Virus record (IMG/VR): IMGVR_UViG_3300044974_001280
Location: 166,446 to 230,445 of that record
Reading direction: 5' to 3' (one strand)
Length of the DNA: 64,000 nt
Position numbers and translations under genes: made by a program. Below are positions 47,713 through 57,092 of this stretch, one piece after another (position 1 is the stretch's first letter; each line of letters begins with the position of its first letter). Below the pieces are notes generated by a model that saw nothing but the letters and a program-made list of their open reading frames with translations, ran no database searches and was not told the origin of the DNA.

Positions 47713-48074
47713 ACACGCCAGTAAGTTTTGAGATAGCAAAGTTGCTAAAAGAAAAGGGATATAAATTAGATTTTGGCGATAATCAAAAATTTTATTTCCC
47801 AGACACAAGAGAATTGACTGAAAATCATAGAGGTAATAATTATCCAGCACCAACCATTGTAGAAGTAGTGATGTGGTTGTATGAGAAGCATGGGATTTGG
47901 ATTAATGGAGGATTGTATTCACATTTAGGTAATGTTTCAAAATTTCAATTTACAATCCAAAGTCAAAAATCCAGATCAACAAATTCAATAGTACAACTCA
48001 ATATCAATCCATTTAATTCACCAGCAGAAGCATACGAAGCAGCTATTGAATACACTTTAAAAAACTTGTTATGA
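47709..48074 (+). CDS. MNTPVSFE-family paralog 1
   Basis: Conserved N, middle (APTI.EVVMWLYEKHGIW) and C (EAYEAAIEYTL) blocks. Confidence 0.8.
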   Translation: MNTPVSFEIAKLLKEKGYKLDFGDNQKFYFPDTRELTENHRGNNYPAPTIVEVVMWLYEKHGIWINGGLYSHLGNVSKFQFTIQSQKSRSTNSIVQLNINPFNSPAEAYEAAIEYTLKNLL

Positions 48075-48658
48075 ACACATTAAAAAAAGAATTTGTCCCC
48101 TACGAAGAAGCATTAGCACTTAAAGAACTTGGGTTTGATGAACCTTGTTTTGGTAGTTATGATATGGAAACATTAAAATTATGGATTGGGTATTTGAATG
48201 ATGGAGAACAATTCAATAGAGAATATTATTACCCCGCACCAACATTCTCACAAGCATTTAGGTGGATTAGAGAGAAGTATAAAATAAATTCTCATGTCGG
48301 ATTTAAAGATGACGAAGACAAAGAGTTTGCATTCTATTATTACCAAATAAATTGGACAAAAGGTTTTGGTTTCCAAAGTCACGAAGAAGCAGAACTTGCT
48401 TGTCTTAGGAAGTTAATTGAAATTGTAAAAGAGAAACAAATATTAACGATAGAAGTAATCATACCCTCCGAACCATTTTATCAAAAATTTGAGCATGAGT
48501 TCAAAGTACTTCCTTCAATTTCCCTTAAAGAACGTATTTTGGGTGTTTTAGAGAACCAATCTATCGAAAGGAATGAATTTGATTATAAAATAATTGAGGA
48601 AAGAGATTGGGATGGATTAACAGAAAATTTGATAAGTTGTTTCAAACAATTTGGATGA
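48071..48658 (+). CDS. Distant relative of the MNTPVSFE family with a C-terminal extension
   Basis: FVPYEEALALKELGFDEPC, APTFSQAFRW, EEAELACL. Confidence 0.75.
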   Translation: MNTLKKEFVPYEEALALKELGFDEPCFGSYDMETLKLWIGYLNDGEQFNREYYYPAPTFSQAFRWIREKYKINSHVGFKDDEDKEFAFYYYQINWTKGFGFQSHEEAELACLRKLIEIVKEKQILTIEVIIPSEPFYQKFEHEFKVLPSISLKERILGVLENQSIERNEFDYKIIEERDWDGLTENLISCFKQFG

Positions 48659-48706
48659 TTGAAATAATTTTCGTATATTTACATCATAAATAAAAAAATA
48701 AAAGTT

Positions 48707-49447
48707 ATGCCACACAACCTAATTCACACAAAAGACTACCTGTTGGTGGTTGATGATTCAGAGATTAAAGAGGGTGATTGGTGTTTTCTTGGTGAGACTT
48801 CTCTGTTTAATGCTAAAATCGGTAGAGTCAACAAAAATGTAATCTCAGATAATGGGAAAAATGGACTTAATTTCAAAAAAATCATTGCTCATCTACCACT
48901 TAATGACTTTCCAATCCTTGAAGGTGTGGATTTGCTACCACCGCTTGAAGATGAAGTTGAAGAGTTAGCGGAAAGAGAATACAGCGAGCAGAGTCAATCA
49001 TGTGATGATGATCCAAACGAATTTTTTAATTATACTGGTTACTTAAAGGCTGGCTTTATAAATGGCTACAACAAGGCCAAAGAGAAGTACAAGTACACCA
49101 ATGAGGATATGCTTACAATTAGAAACAATTTAGTTACTCTACTTCCAACAGGAGATGTTACGGCGTGGGATATGATTCAAGCTATTTCAAAATATACTAA
49201 GTGGTTTGATAATTATGTTGAATCTTTATCACAACCCGAATTACCTACTGCGTTTGAATGTGAGATACAATATTTTTATATGTCAAGTGAATATTATTAT
49301 GGCACAGAAGCCGGTTGGGTTAAGTTTGATGAGTCTCAATATGAATCTATCAGAAAAGAAATACCTACCTGTCCTTTGAAAAAAGTACATAAGGAAACAA
49401 CAACCCCCGAAGGTCATACCCAATGGGTAGGGAAATACATTTACTAA
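48707..49447 (+). CDS. Hypothetical protein
   Basis: YLLVVDDSEIKEGDW, KKIIAHLPL. Confidence 0.75.
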   Translation: MPHNLIHTKDYLLVVDDSEIKEGDWCFLGETSLFNAKIGRVNKNVISDNGKNGLNFKKIIAHLPLNDFPILEGVDLLPPLEDEVEELAEREYSEQSQSCDDDPNEFFNYTGYLKAGFINGYNKAKEKYKYTNEDMLTIRNNLVTLLPTGDVTAWDMIQAISKYTKWFDNYVESLSQPELPTAFECEIQYFYMSSEYYYGTEAGWVKFDESQYESIRKEIPTCPLKKVHKETTTPEGHTQWVGKYIY

Positions 49448-49460
49448 ACCAAACTAAACC

Positions 49461-49721
49461 ATGAATCACCATCAATTAAACCACGCAAGAGAGCTTATGG
49501 ATAAGCTCAACAGGGCTGTCGCTGATTACGAATCCTTTGCTGCAGGAGTAAACCAACAATACACTACTCCTCAAATTACGCTTTATAACCATGGAACGAA
49601 AATTTATGAATTTAAAATCTCAAGAGAGCAAGCGTCTGCAATTATCGTGGATGAAAAAAACCGATTGAAAGAAAAAATGGAAAAAGCAAAAAAGGACTTT
49701 GAAGATTACATGCCAACCTAA
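49461..49721 (+). CDS. Hypothetical protein
   Basis: Preceded by TAAACCAAACTAA. Confidence 0.65.
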   Translation: MNHHQLNHARELMDKLNRAVADYESFAAGVNQQYTTPQITLYNHGTKIYEFKISREQASAIIVDEKNRLKEKMEKAKKDFEDYMPT

Positions 49722-50110
49722 ACCAAACTAACCTATGAAACTATACACAAAAGAATTGGATTGGGATTTTGCAATGCTCTGGGAAGCCAAAGCAAACGAA
49801 AAAAAGGAAATACACAATGAACCAAAATGGAAATGGGACTGTGGATTTAAATTGGACTTTGATGGCTCCTTGCTGTCAATTAGCAGCAGGTTTTATCCAC
49901 CACATAAAAACATTGGTAATTTTTGGGAAGGAACAGTCCAAGTGTATTTCCTTGATGATGAAATTTTGAGGAAAGAGTTTAAAACCGATACTCTTGACGA
50001 ATTAAAAGTTGAAGTCGAAAAATTTGTCAAACATTATGCAGGTGCGATTAAGGGTAGAATCGTGTAACCCAACCTAAACCAAACCAAACTATGAAACTAT
50101 ACACAAAAGA
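49714..50110 (+). repeat. ~40-nt direct repeats flanking ORF 49735
   Basis: CAACCTAAACCAAAC(T/C)AA(C/A)CTATGAAACTATACACAAAAGA at ~49714 and ~50070; partial copies at ~49445 and ~44920. Confidence 0.85.
49735..50067 (+). CDS. Hypothetical protein (MKLYTKE start)
   Basis: Flanked by direct repeats. Confidence 0.7.
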   Translation: MKLYTKELDWDFAMLWEAKANEKKEIHNEPKWKWDCGFKLDFDGSLLSISSRFYPPHKNIGNFWEGTVQVYFLDDEILRKEFKTDTLDELKVEVEKFVKHYAGAIKGRIV

Positions 50111-50465
50111 GATGTTTTTAACTGCCGCTGAAAAATGCGAGGTGTCAATGATAGACGCAAAACACATCATGCAATACATTGACGAGTATGTAACCCCTAT
50201 TGAATTGCCCACTATGAGCAATAACGAAACACACCCAGACGATTTTATTCATGGCAAATTAACCAAGCGCGAGTACTTTGCTTCTATTATGCCGGTGGAT
50301 GATTATACCTATGACACGGTTAGGCCGTTAATGGATTCAGATATTCCGCGTTCTCCTGATTTAGAAAGAATGAAATGGTGGATGCTTGTAGAGGCAAAAA
50401 TTAAAGTAATGAAAGCGGATGCACTAATTAAAGCACTAACCAATGAACACGCCAGTAAGTTTTGA
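50091..50465 (+). CDS. Chimeric hypothetical protein (MKLYT..PIELP + LTKREYFA..ADALI modules)
   Basis: N-terminal module shared with 44922. Confidence 0.7.
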   Translation: MKLYTKEMFLTAAEKCEVSMIDAKHIMQYIDEYVTPIELPTMSNNETHPDDFIHGKLTKREYFASIMPVDDYTYDTVRPLMDSDIPRSPDLERMKWWMLVEAKIKVMKADALIKALTNEHASKF

Positions 50466-50829
50466 GATAGCAAAGTTGCTAAAAGAGAAAGGGTTTGATA
50501 TACCATGTTGGAGTTATTATTCATCTTTAAATCTTTATACTTTTGAACTTGGAGATTGGAATAATCATACTATTGGAGATACATCTATGCATAAAAGAAA
50601 TGCTGGATATTACTCAGCACCAACCATTGCAGAAGTTGTGATGTGGTTGTATGAGAAACATGGGATTTGGACTGTAGTGAATGTGAACATTATGGGGTCT
50701 TGGTATTTTGAACATTTTGATTTGAAAAAGAAAAGGAATGCTGAATTTAAACCTACAGATACACACTATAATTCACCAACAGAAGCACACGAAGCGGCTA
50801 TTGAATACACGCTAAATAATTTAATATGA
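50443..50829 (+). CDS. MNTPVSFE-family paralog 2
   Basis: First 44 nt identical to 47709. Confidence 0.8.
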   Translation: MNTPVSFEIAKLLKEKGFDIPCWSYYSSLNLYTFELGDWNNHTIGDTSMHKRNAGYYSAPTIAEVVMWLYEKHGIWTVVNVNIMGSWYFEHFDLKKKRNAEFKPTDTHYNSPTEAHEAAIEYTLNNLI

Positions 50830-51260
50830 ACACTGAAGTAAATTTTGAAATTGCAAAACTCCTAAAAGAAAAAGGATTTTCTTGGGAATGTCGTCACTTT
50901 TATCGCAAAAGTAAGTACGATAAAGAATTTTATTTAACAACAGGTACAGAATATGAATCCGATAAAGATTGTATTTGGGATTGGAACTTGAATGGTGGTA
51001 AATCAGGTATGCTTTTAAAAAAAATTCCATACCCGAATGATGATAATGCAATCTACTACTCAGCACCAACCATTGCAGAAGTTGTGATGTGGTTGTATGA
51101 GAAACATGGGATTTGGATTTATGCACATAGGATAGACCAAAAAGAATTTTATTGGTCTATTGATACTGATAAAAAAGAGTTTACATCAGGAGAAAATTTC
51201 AAAACACCAACAGAAGCATACGAAGCAGCTATTGAGTACACGCTAAATAATTTAATATGA
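50826..51260 (+). CDS. MNTPVSFE-family paralog 3
   Basis: 51057-51117 identical to 50611-50671. Confidence 0.8.
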   Translation: MNTEVNFEIAKLLKEKGFSWECRHFYRKSKYDKEFYLTTGTEYESDKDCIWDWNLNGGKSGMLLKKIPYPNDDNAIYYSAPTIAEVVMWLYEKHGIWIYAHRIDQKEFYWSIDTDKKEFTSGENFKTPTEAYEAAIEYTLNNLI

Positions 51261-51529
51261 ACACACCAGTAAAATTTGAAATTGCTGAAATTCTGTTTAA
51301 AAAACATGGAGTATTATTGTCAACTATATCAGACGTAGTAATGTGGTTGTATGAGAAGCATGGGATTTGGACTGTAGTGAATGTGAACATTATGGGGTCT
51401 TGGTATTTTGAGCATTTTAATTTGAAAGAGAAGAGGAATGCTGAATTTAAACCTACAGACACACACTATGATTCACCAACAGAAGCATATGAAGCAGCTA
51501 TTGAATATACTTTAAAAAACTTGTTATGA
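51257..51529 (+). CDS. MNTPVSFE-family paralog 4
   Basis: Second variable region nearly identical to paralog 2; C-terminus matches paralog 1. Confidence 0.8.
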   Translation: MNTPVKFEIAEILFKKHGVLLSTISDVVMWLYEKHGIWTVVNVNIMGSWYFEHFNLKEKRNAEFKPTDTHYDSPTEAYEAAIEYTLKNLL

Positions 51530-51567
51530 CACACAAACTAATTCACACACAAGACTACCTATTTTGA
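51526..51567 (+). pseudogene. 5' remnant of a 48707-family gene
   Basis: MTHKLIHTQDYLF* versus MPHNLIHTKDYLL. Confidence 0.6.
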
Positions 51568-51585
51568 AAACCAAAATTAAACTCA

Positions 51586-51804
51586 ATGTTAAATTACGAA
51601 TTAGTAGAACATAGTTATAAAATTACCACCACACATGGTGGAAAATTGATAGGTTATTTTGTGCCTGATATTGATGGATTTTACTATTTTAGACCCGAAG
51701 ATGAAAAAGGGTATTGGAACGAACATGCTCTTTTAGAGTTGGGAAATAAACTCAAAGAGTTAAATCAAGATTTATACGATGAATTAAAAAAATTTGAAAA
51801 ATAA
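51586..51804 (+). CDS. Hypothetical protein
   Basis: Co-directional ORF. Confidence 0.65.
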   Translation: MLNYELVEHSYKITTTHGGKLIGYFVPDIDGFYYFRPEDEKGYWNEHALLELGNKLKELNQDLYDELKKFEK

Positions 51805-51807
51805 GTT

Positions 51808-52569
51808 ATGGAACAACAAAATTACACATTAGAACAGGCCGCCGAAAAATTTGGAAAACCGCATAAAATATTTGATATTCAAATAGGAGATAGACTTTAT
51901 CCAGTTTACTCAATTGATGGATATGAACACAATTTAGGTAAATGGAATGGGTGTCCTGATACATGGTGGTTAGACTACTCAGTTTATCATTCGGATAATG
52001 ATGATGAAGTACCAACCATGAGAGAGCTTATCCCATACATCGATACGGGTGTTCATAGAGTTTGCTGGGAAATAAATTATAGACAATTTAATTCAACCAA
52101 ATATAAGTGGGATGAGTGGAGCATCAGAAATGGTGGGATATGTACAATTAAAGCAAATGGTAAGGAAGTTTATAAATTTCATTGGAGAGATTTAGGAGGG
52201 GCATTGGCTGAAGCACATTCTTTGATAAGTAAAATATCAGAACATCCTTTTAATTTCATAAACCCAGAAAAAGAGATTGGAAGAAAAATATGGTATTATG
52301 GATTACCGGCCACAATCTTATTGGGATATGAACCCGGAGAAATTAGGATTAATCCCGATTTGAGTTATATGACATCGGATGAATGGTGGAATGAGTTGGA
52401 AAAAAGAAAATCAAATGTGAAACCACCAAACTCAACACAAAACGAAGATGATTTGCTGGATGCTGAACATTTTGCAGAACATAAAGATTATGGTTCGATA
52501 AATCATGGTAGTGTTTTTTATGATGGAATGATTAATTGGTTTAGACATGAAAAAAAAGATGATGAATAA
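51808..52569 (+). CDS. Hypothetical protein
   Basis: 253 aa ORF. Confidence 0.75.
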   Translation: MEQQNYTLEQAAEKFGKPHKIFDIQIGDRLYPVYSIDGYEHNLGKWNGCPDTWWLDYSVYHSDNDDEVPTMRELIPYIDTGVHRVCWEINYRQFNSTKYKWDEWSIRNGGICTIKANGKEVYKFHWRDLGGALAEAHSLISKISEHPFNFINPEKEIGRKIWYYGLPATILLGYEPGEIRINPDLSYMTSDEWWNELEKRKSNVKPPNSTQNEDDLLDAEHFAEHKDYGSINHGSVFYDGMINWFRHEKKDDE

Positions 52570-52672
52570 AGAAGAAATACAACACTGGATTAATCGTTGG
52601 TCAAAACTAAAAGGCCCAAGAGCAGAAGCGGTAGTAAACATTTGGAAAAAACATCTAAAACACTAGAAAGTT

Positions 52673-53128
52673 ATGAACGACAAACACAAAATGCTATATT
52701 CAGCAAACAAATTAAGAGATGTGTTATCATCAATTGAAGATATTCTCGAAGGGTATGAAGGGATAGAAGGTAATAAAAATTATGTGAAGTATTGCTATAA
52801 CAAAGCAAAAGAAGCTCACTCTGTTGATGATGAATTAGTTAAAATGACTGAAGACACTTATGCTATTGATTTATCACAACGTAGAGGTATTAATATTGCA
52901 ACATTAACACATAAACTTGAATTTATGTTTAAGTTGTTAGATGATATCGACACGGCAAGTGATATGTTTAAACCTAAATGGTGTAAAATATCTAGCGTTG
53001 TATCTCACCTTCAACAACTCAGATGGATTTATTGTACCGTTGAAACTGAAAAAAATGAAAGTGGCGATATGATAATAAATGGGGAATGTTTTAAAAAAGA
53101 AGATAGAATTTTACTCCAGTTATCTTAA
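52673..53128 (+). CDS. Hypothetical protein
   Basis: LLDDIDTASDMFKP. Confidence 0.7.
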   Translation: MNDKHKMLYSANKLRDVLSSIEDILEGYEGIEGNKNYVKYCYNKAKEAHSVDDELVKMTEDTYAIDLSQRRGINIATLTHKLEFMFKLLDDIDTASDMFKPKWCKISSVVSHLQQLRWIYCTVETEKNESGDMIINGECFKKEDRILLQLS

Positions 53129-53155
53129 CATACAACAACAAAACTATAGAAAGTC

Positions 53156-53449
53156 ATGAATAAAATAGAAATAACACCTGTACCTGAAATTGTTGCAAAT
53201 ACACAACGAGTATGTGAAATCAGATTTGATTGTTTGGTTACAATGCATGATGTGGCATACAGAAAATATGAAGGATTTTTAGGCGAAGAAAAATGGTCTA
53301 AAACACCACAATGGTTTAAAGCCAACCATAGAATAACATTAGAAGGTGTTAAGCATGCCGACCCATATGAACTTGGGATGAGAATTAAACAAATGTTCCA
53401 TCAGATGGAAGATACAATTAACAAATATGAAAATGGAATAAATTATTAA
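53156..53449 (+). CDS. Hypothetical protein
   Basis: Co-directional ORF. Confidence 0.65.
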   Translation: MNKIEITPVPEIVANTQRVCEIRFDCLVTMHDVAYRKYEGFLGEEKWSKTPQWFKANHRITLEGVKHADPYELGMRIKQMFHQMEDTINKYENGINY

Positions 53450-53453
53450 ATAT

Positions 53454-53642
53454 ATGAATAACACAAAATTTAAAGTAGGAGATAAAGCGTGGAAACCGAA
53501 AGGATATAAATTTCCTTGCACAATTGTATCCGTATTCACAACAATAAAAGGTGAAATTAGATTAGTAGCCGAAATGGATGAATATGGATTATTACACATT
53601 TTTAACGAACAACAATTAGAACATTATGAACAACCTCGATAA
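53454..53642 (+). CDS. Small SH3-like hypothetical protein
   Basis: KFKVGD...KGY.F...[15 protein letters not shown]. Confidence 0.65.
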   Translation: MNNTKFKVGDKAWKPKGYKFPCTIVSVFTTIKGEIRLVAEMDEYGLLHIFNEQQLEHYEQPR

Positions 53643-53943
53643 ACAGTATCAATCACTACTCCAAGATATATTAGATAATGGAGTGGAAAAGAAAGATAGA
53701 ACAGGTACTGGTACTATTTCAGTATTTGGTAGACAAATCCGTCATAAAATGAGTGAAGGGTTTTCACTTCTTACAACCAAGAAAATGGCGTGGAAGTCAA
53801 TATGTACAGAATTACTTTGGTTTTTAAGAGGCGATACATCAATAGAGTATCTTCTTAAAAATGACTGTAACATTTGGACGGGGGATGCTTATCAAGCATA
53901 CCTAAAAGAATGTGAGAAGTTAAAGAAAGATGAGGAAAAATAA
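53626..53943 (+). CDS. thyA: Thymidylate synthase, N-terminal fragment
   Basis: [35 protein letters not shown]. Confidence 0.92.
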   Translation: MNNLDKQYQSLLQDILDNGVEKKDRTGTGTISVFGRQIRHKMSEGFSLLTTKKMAWKSICTELLWFLRGDTSIEYLLKNDCNIWTGDAYQAYLKECEKLKKDEEK

Positions 53944-53952
53944 TGACTTTTG

Positions 53953-53986
53953 TTGGTTTTTAGATATTTATTATAAAAGAAACCAA
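53953..53986 (+). promoter_or_regulatory. Hairpin occluding the endonuclease start, with an ATATTTAT promoter-like motif in the loop
   Basis: TTGGTTT (53953-59) pairs with AAACCAA (53980-86); ATG at 53988. Confidence 0.5.
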
Positions 53987-53987
53987 A

Positions 53988-54959
53988 ATGTGTCTAAAAA
54001 CTAAAATTGAAACAACCTTGTGTGTTATAAAAAATAATGAGTATAAAATATTGTCTCAAAAATTAAGAGTAATTGAATCATCACTTAAACAGGATATTAT
54101 TGATAGTACTCAATATCTAACTATTTACAATCCTAAATTGGTTGATAGGATAAGGTATATCTTGAAAGATAGAAACTCCGTTAATACTTGCTTCCATTGT
54201 GGTAACCCAATTATTGATTTGAATAGAAAATTTTGTTCTGCAAAGTGTAATAACAATTCGGAACTAACTAAAAATAAATTTAGAGAAAGATATAATAGTT
54301 TATCGGAAACAGATAAAATCATAAGAAATAATAAAAGACGTAAAACTGTTAATGAAAAATACGGTGGTTATACTTTACAAAGTCCTGAACTAAAAAAGAA
54401 AATTAAATCAACTATGATTAAAAAATATGGTGTTGAACATTCTTTTCATAGTGATGCAATAAAACAAAAAGCGTTAAATACTTGGATTAAAAAGTATGGT
54501 GTTGACAACCCGTTTAAATCTCACAGTATAAAAGAGAAAATAAAGCAAGTATTAAAAGATAAATACGGGGTTAATAATTCCGCTAATATTAACTCGGAAA
54601 ATAGAATTGGTAATGGTATTAAAACAAAAATCGAAAGAGGATGGATAATACCTGATGAGTTTTTGTCGGATTACCAAATTTATAGAAAAAAAGTTAAACG
54701 ATTAACTGAAACAACATATAAAATGTATAAAAACATTATAAACCCAAATAATTTAGAAAGAGTAACAAATGGAAAAATTGGGTTCCAATTAGACCACAAA
54801 TACTCAATAATTGAAGGATTTTTGAATAATGTAGAACCTGAAATTATTAGTCATCACTGTAATCTACAAATGATAGAATGGAGTAGTAATAGAACTAAAA
54901 GTAAAAGATGTGATATTGATTTAGAACAATTAAAAAATGAAATAAAAAGTTATGAATAA
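53988..54959 (+). mobile_element. Free-standing HNH-type homing endonuclease inserted in thyA
   Basis: CxxC..FCS..C, KYG repeats (KYGGY, KYGVEH, KYGVDN, KYGVNN), LDHKYSI...NLQMI...N..K. Confidence 0.8.
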
Positions 54960-55752
54960 AGAACACTTACACCCAGATGGAAGACCATACACCCAAGAAG
55001 AATTCATCAACAAAATCAAAACAGATGATGAGTTTGCTAAGAAGTGGGGTGATTTGGGACCAATTTATGGTAAACAGTGGAGAAAATGGAAAACCGAAGT
55101 TGCTATTCCAACAACATTAAAAATTGATGATGGTGATGATATTGAACCCTTATATGTAAAAGGAACACAGTATATTGACCAAATCCAAAACCTAATCAAC
55201 GACCTTAAAACAAATCCTGATAGTAGGAGATTAATGGTTTCGGCTTGGAATGTAGGTGAATTAGACCAAATGGTTCTCCCACCTTGTCATTATGGATTTC
55301 AAGTTTATACAAGAGAGTTAAGTTATGAAGAACGGTGTAATATATTTCAATCAACAGAAAGATTTAAAATGGAAACCCGAGAACATATTAAAGAGTTAAA
55401 TATTAAAATAATGAATGAAGCCGAAGTTCCAACCAGAGCAATCTCTCTAATGTGGAATCAACGCTCAGTAGATACATTCTTGGGTTTACCATTCAACATT
55501 GCTTCTTATGGATTATTATTGGAAATGATTGCAGATGAAGTACAAATGATACCTGATGAATTGATTGGTAATTTAGGAGATACACATTTGTATTTAAATC
55601 ATATTGAACAAGCAAAAGAGCAAATAAAAAGAGAACCATTTAGACTACCAAATGTTCACGTTAGAGATGGTATCGAATCATTTATGCCAGGAGATATTAT
55701 TTTAGAAAATTATGTATCACATCCAACAATTAAAGCGCCCCTGTCCAATTGA
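54952..55752 (+). CDS. thyA: Thymidylate synthase, C-terminal fragment
   Basis: GDLGPIYGKQWR, PDSRRLMVSAWN, LPPCH, QRSVDTFLGLPFNIASY, GDTHLYLNH. Confidence 0.95.
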   Translation: MNKEHLHPDGRPYTQEEFINKIKTDDEFAKKWGDLGPIYGKQWRKWKTEVAIPTTLKIDDGDDIEPLYVKGTQYIDQIQNLINDLKTNPDSRRLMVSAWNVGELDQMVLPPCHYGFQVYTRELSYEERCNIFQSTERFKMETREHIKELNIKIMNEAEVPTRAISLMWNQRSVDTFLGLPFNIASYGLLLEMIADEVQMIPDELIGNLGDTHLYLNHIEQAKEQIKREPFRLPNVHVRDGIESFMPGDIILENYVSHPTIKAPLSN

Positions 55753-55823
55753 CATGAAAAATAACCTACAATTAAAACACCTTTTTCACAACTTTCATAT
55801 ATTTATACCAAAAGAAATAATAT

Positions 55824-56481
55824 ATGGCAGTTGTTTATTTACACAAAAAGAAAAATACTAATGAAGTTTTTTATGTTGGGATTGGCCTTTATGAAGAAAG
55901 AGCTTATTCTTATAGAAATAGAAACATACATTGGAAAAACGTTGTTGCTAAATATGGATATGATGTTGAAATTATTGAATCGGATATTGAATGGGAAGGT
56001 GCATGTGACACTGAAAAATATTTAATTCAAAAATATGGTAGAGATATGTTGACAAATATGACAGATGGGGGTGAGGGGTTATTCAATCCATCAGATGAAG
56101 TTAGAGAAAAGTTAAGATACGCAAGAACAGAAGAGCAAAAACAAAAATTAAGAGAATATCAAATTGGGGTAACGCAATCCGAAGAAACAATACAAAAAAG
56201 AATATCACATGGATTTCATAAATCTGATGAGTATAGATATAAAATGAGCATTGCATTATCAGGTGATAATAATCCAATGAAAAAAGGAGAGAATAGAGAA
56301 AAATTAAGGAAACCAAAACCACCAAGAACAAAAGAACATAGTAACAAAATAAGTGAAACCAAAAAAGGGAAAACCTACATGGAACAAAGGTAAAACTTTA
56401 GAAAAATTTGTTTGTGATATTTGTAGCAAACAAATTGGTGGGTATGGTAATCTAGTACAACACAAAAAGAAACATTTATGA
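55824..56481 (+). mobile_element. GIY-YIG/NUMOD3 homing endonuclease with a 1-nt frameshift near 56365
   Basis: VYLH..FYVGIG..RA, LTNMTDGGEG, NUMOD3 repeats; the +1 frame continues GKPTWNKGK..CDIC..HKKKHL*. Confidence 0.8.
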
Positions 56482-56498
56482 AATTAAAAATATAATTT

Positions 56499-57062
56499 AT
56501 GAAATCAAATTTAACAGAAAAACTACTATCAATCTGCGGAAGTGCAGATAAAACTTATGGTTATAATGATATTGAATCGATAACTAAACTATCAGAAGAA
56601 CAACGTATTCAAGTAGAAGCAGAACTAATTAAACATTTTGAGTTTGATAAGATTATATGGATGGAATTACCTTCAGGTCTTACTGAAGACAAGACAACTC
56701 CCATTGTTGCGAAATCTATTAAAATATCAGATTCCGAAAATCCAACTTATAAACATAAAGTAGGATATGTTTATACTATATCATTTACTCCAAAAATATA
56801 CGAACCAGAAGAGATGTATAAGCCAGTAAAAGATGGGTGTGTGTTTGCACCTATAACATTTAACCCAGAAACCTTTGAACCAAAACAAAGTATAACATTA
56901 ACTTGGTCACCTGAGTTTCCTCAAGATATTGACGCGCCTAAAAGAACATATGAAGATGATAAACAAATGATTCGTAATATGTTAGAAAGAGTATTAGATA
57001 ATCCTGAAGAGTATAGACCTATGGGATATACTGGGTGTACATTACGATATGCGGTACTATAA
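56499..57062 (+). CDS. Hypothetical protein
   Basis: 187 aa ORF. Confidence 0.7.
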   Translation: MKSNLTEKLLSICGSADKTYGYNDIESITKLSEEQRIQVEAELIKHFEFDKIIWMELPSGLTEDKTTPIVAKSIKISDSENPTYKHKVGYVYTISFTPKIYEPEEMYKPVKDGCVFAPITFNPETFEPKQSITLTWSPEFPQDIDAPKRTYEDDKQMIRNMLERVLDNPEEYRPMGYTGCTLRYAVL

Positions 57063-57092
57063 TCACATCCAGCAATTAAAAAAATATAAGTT

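Noticed and set aside
47709-51529. Diversity-generating retroelement or CRISPR array
   Set aside because: Variable regions differ in length and are unrelated rather than adenine-specific variants; repeats are coding and irregularly spaced; no reverse transcriptase or cas gene in the window.
53944-54959. Group I intron or intein in thyA
   Set aside because: Only 44 nt of non-coding sequence, no recognisable intron core, and separate stop and start codons on each side.
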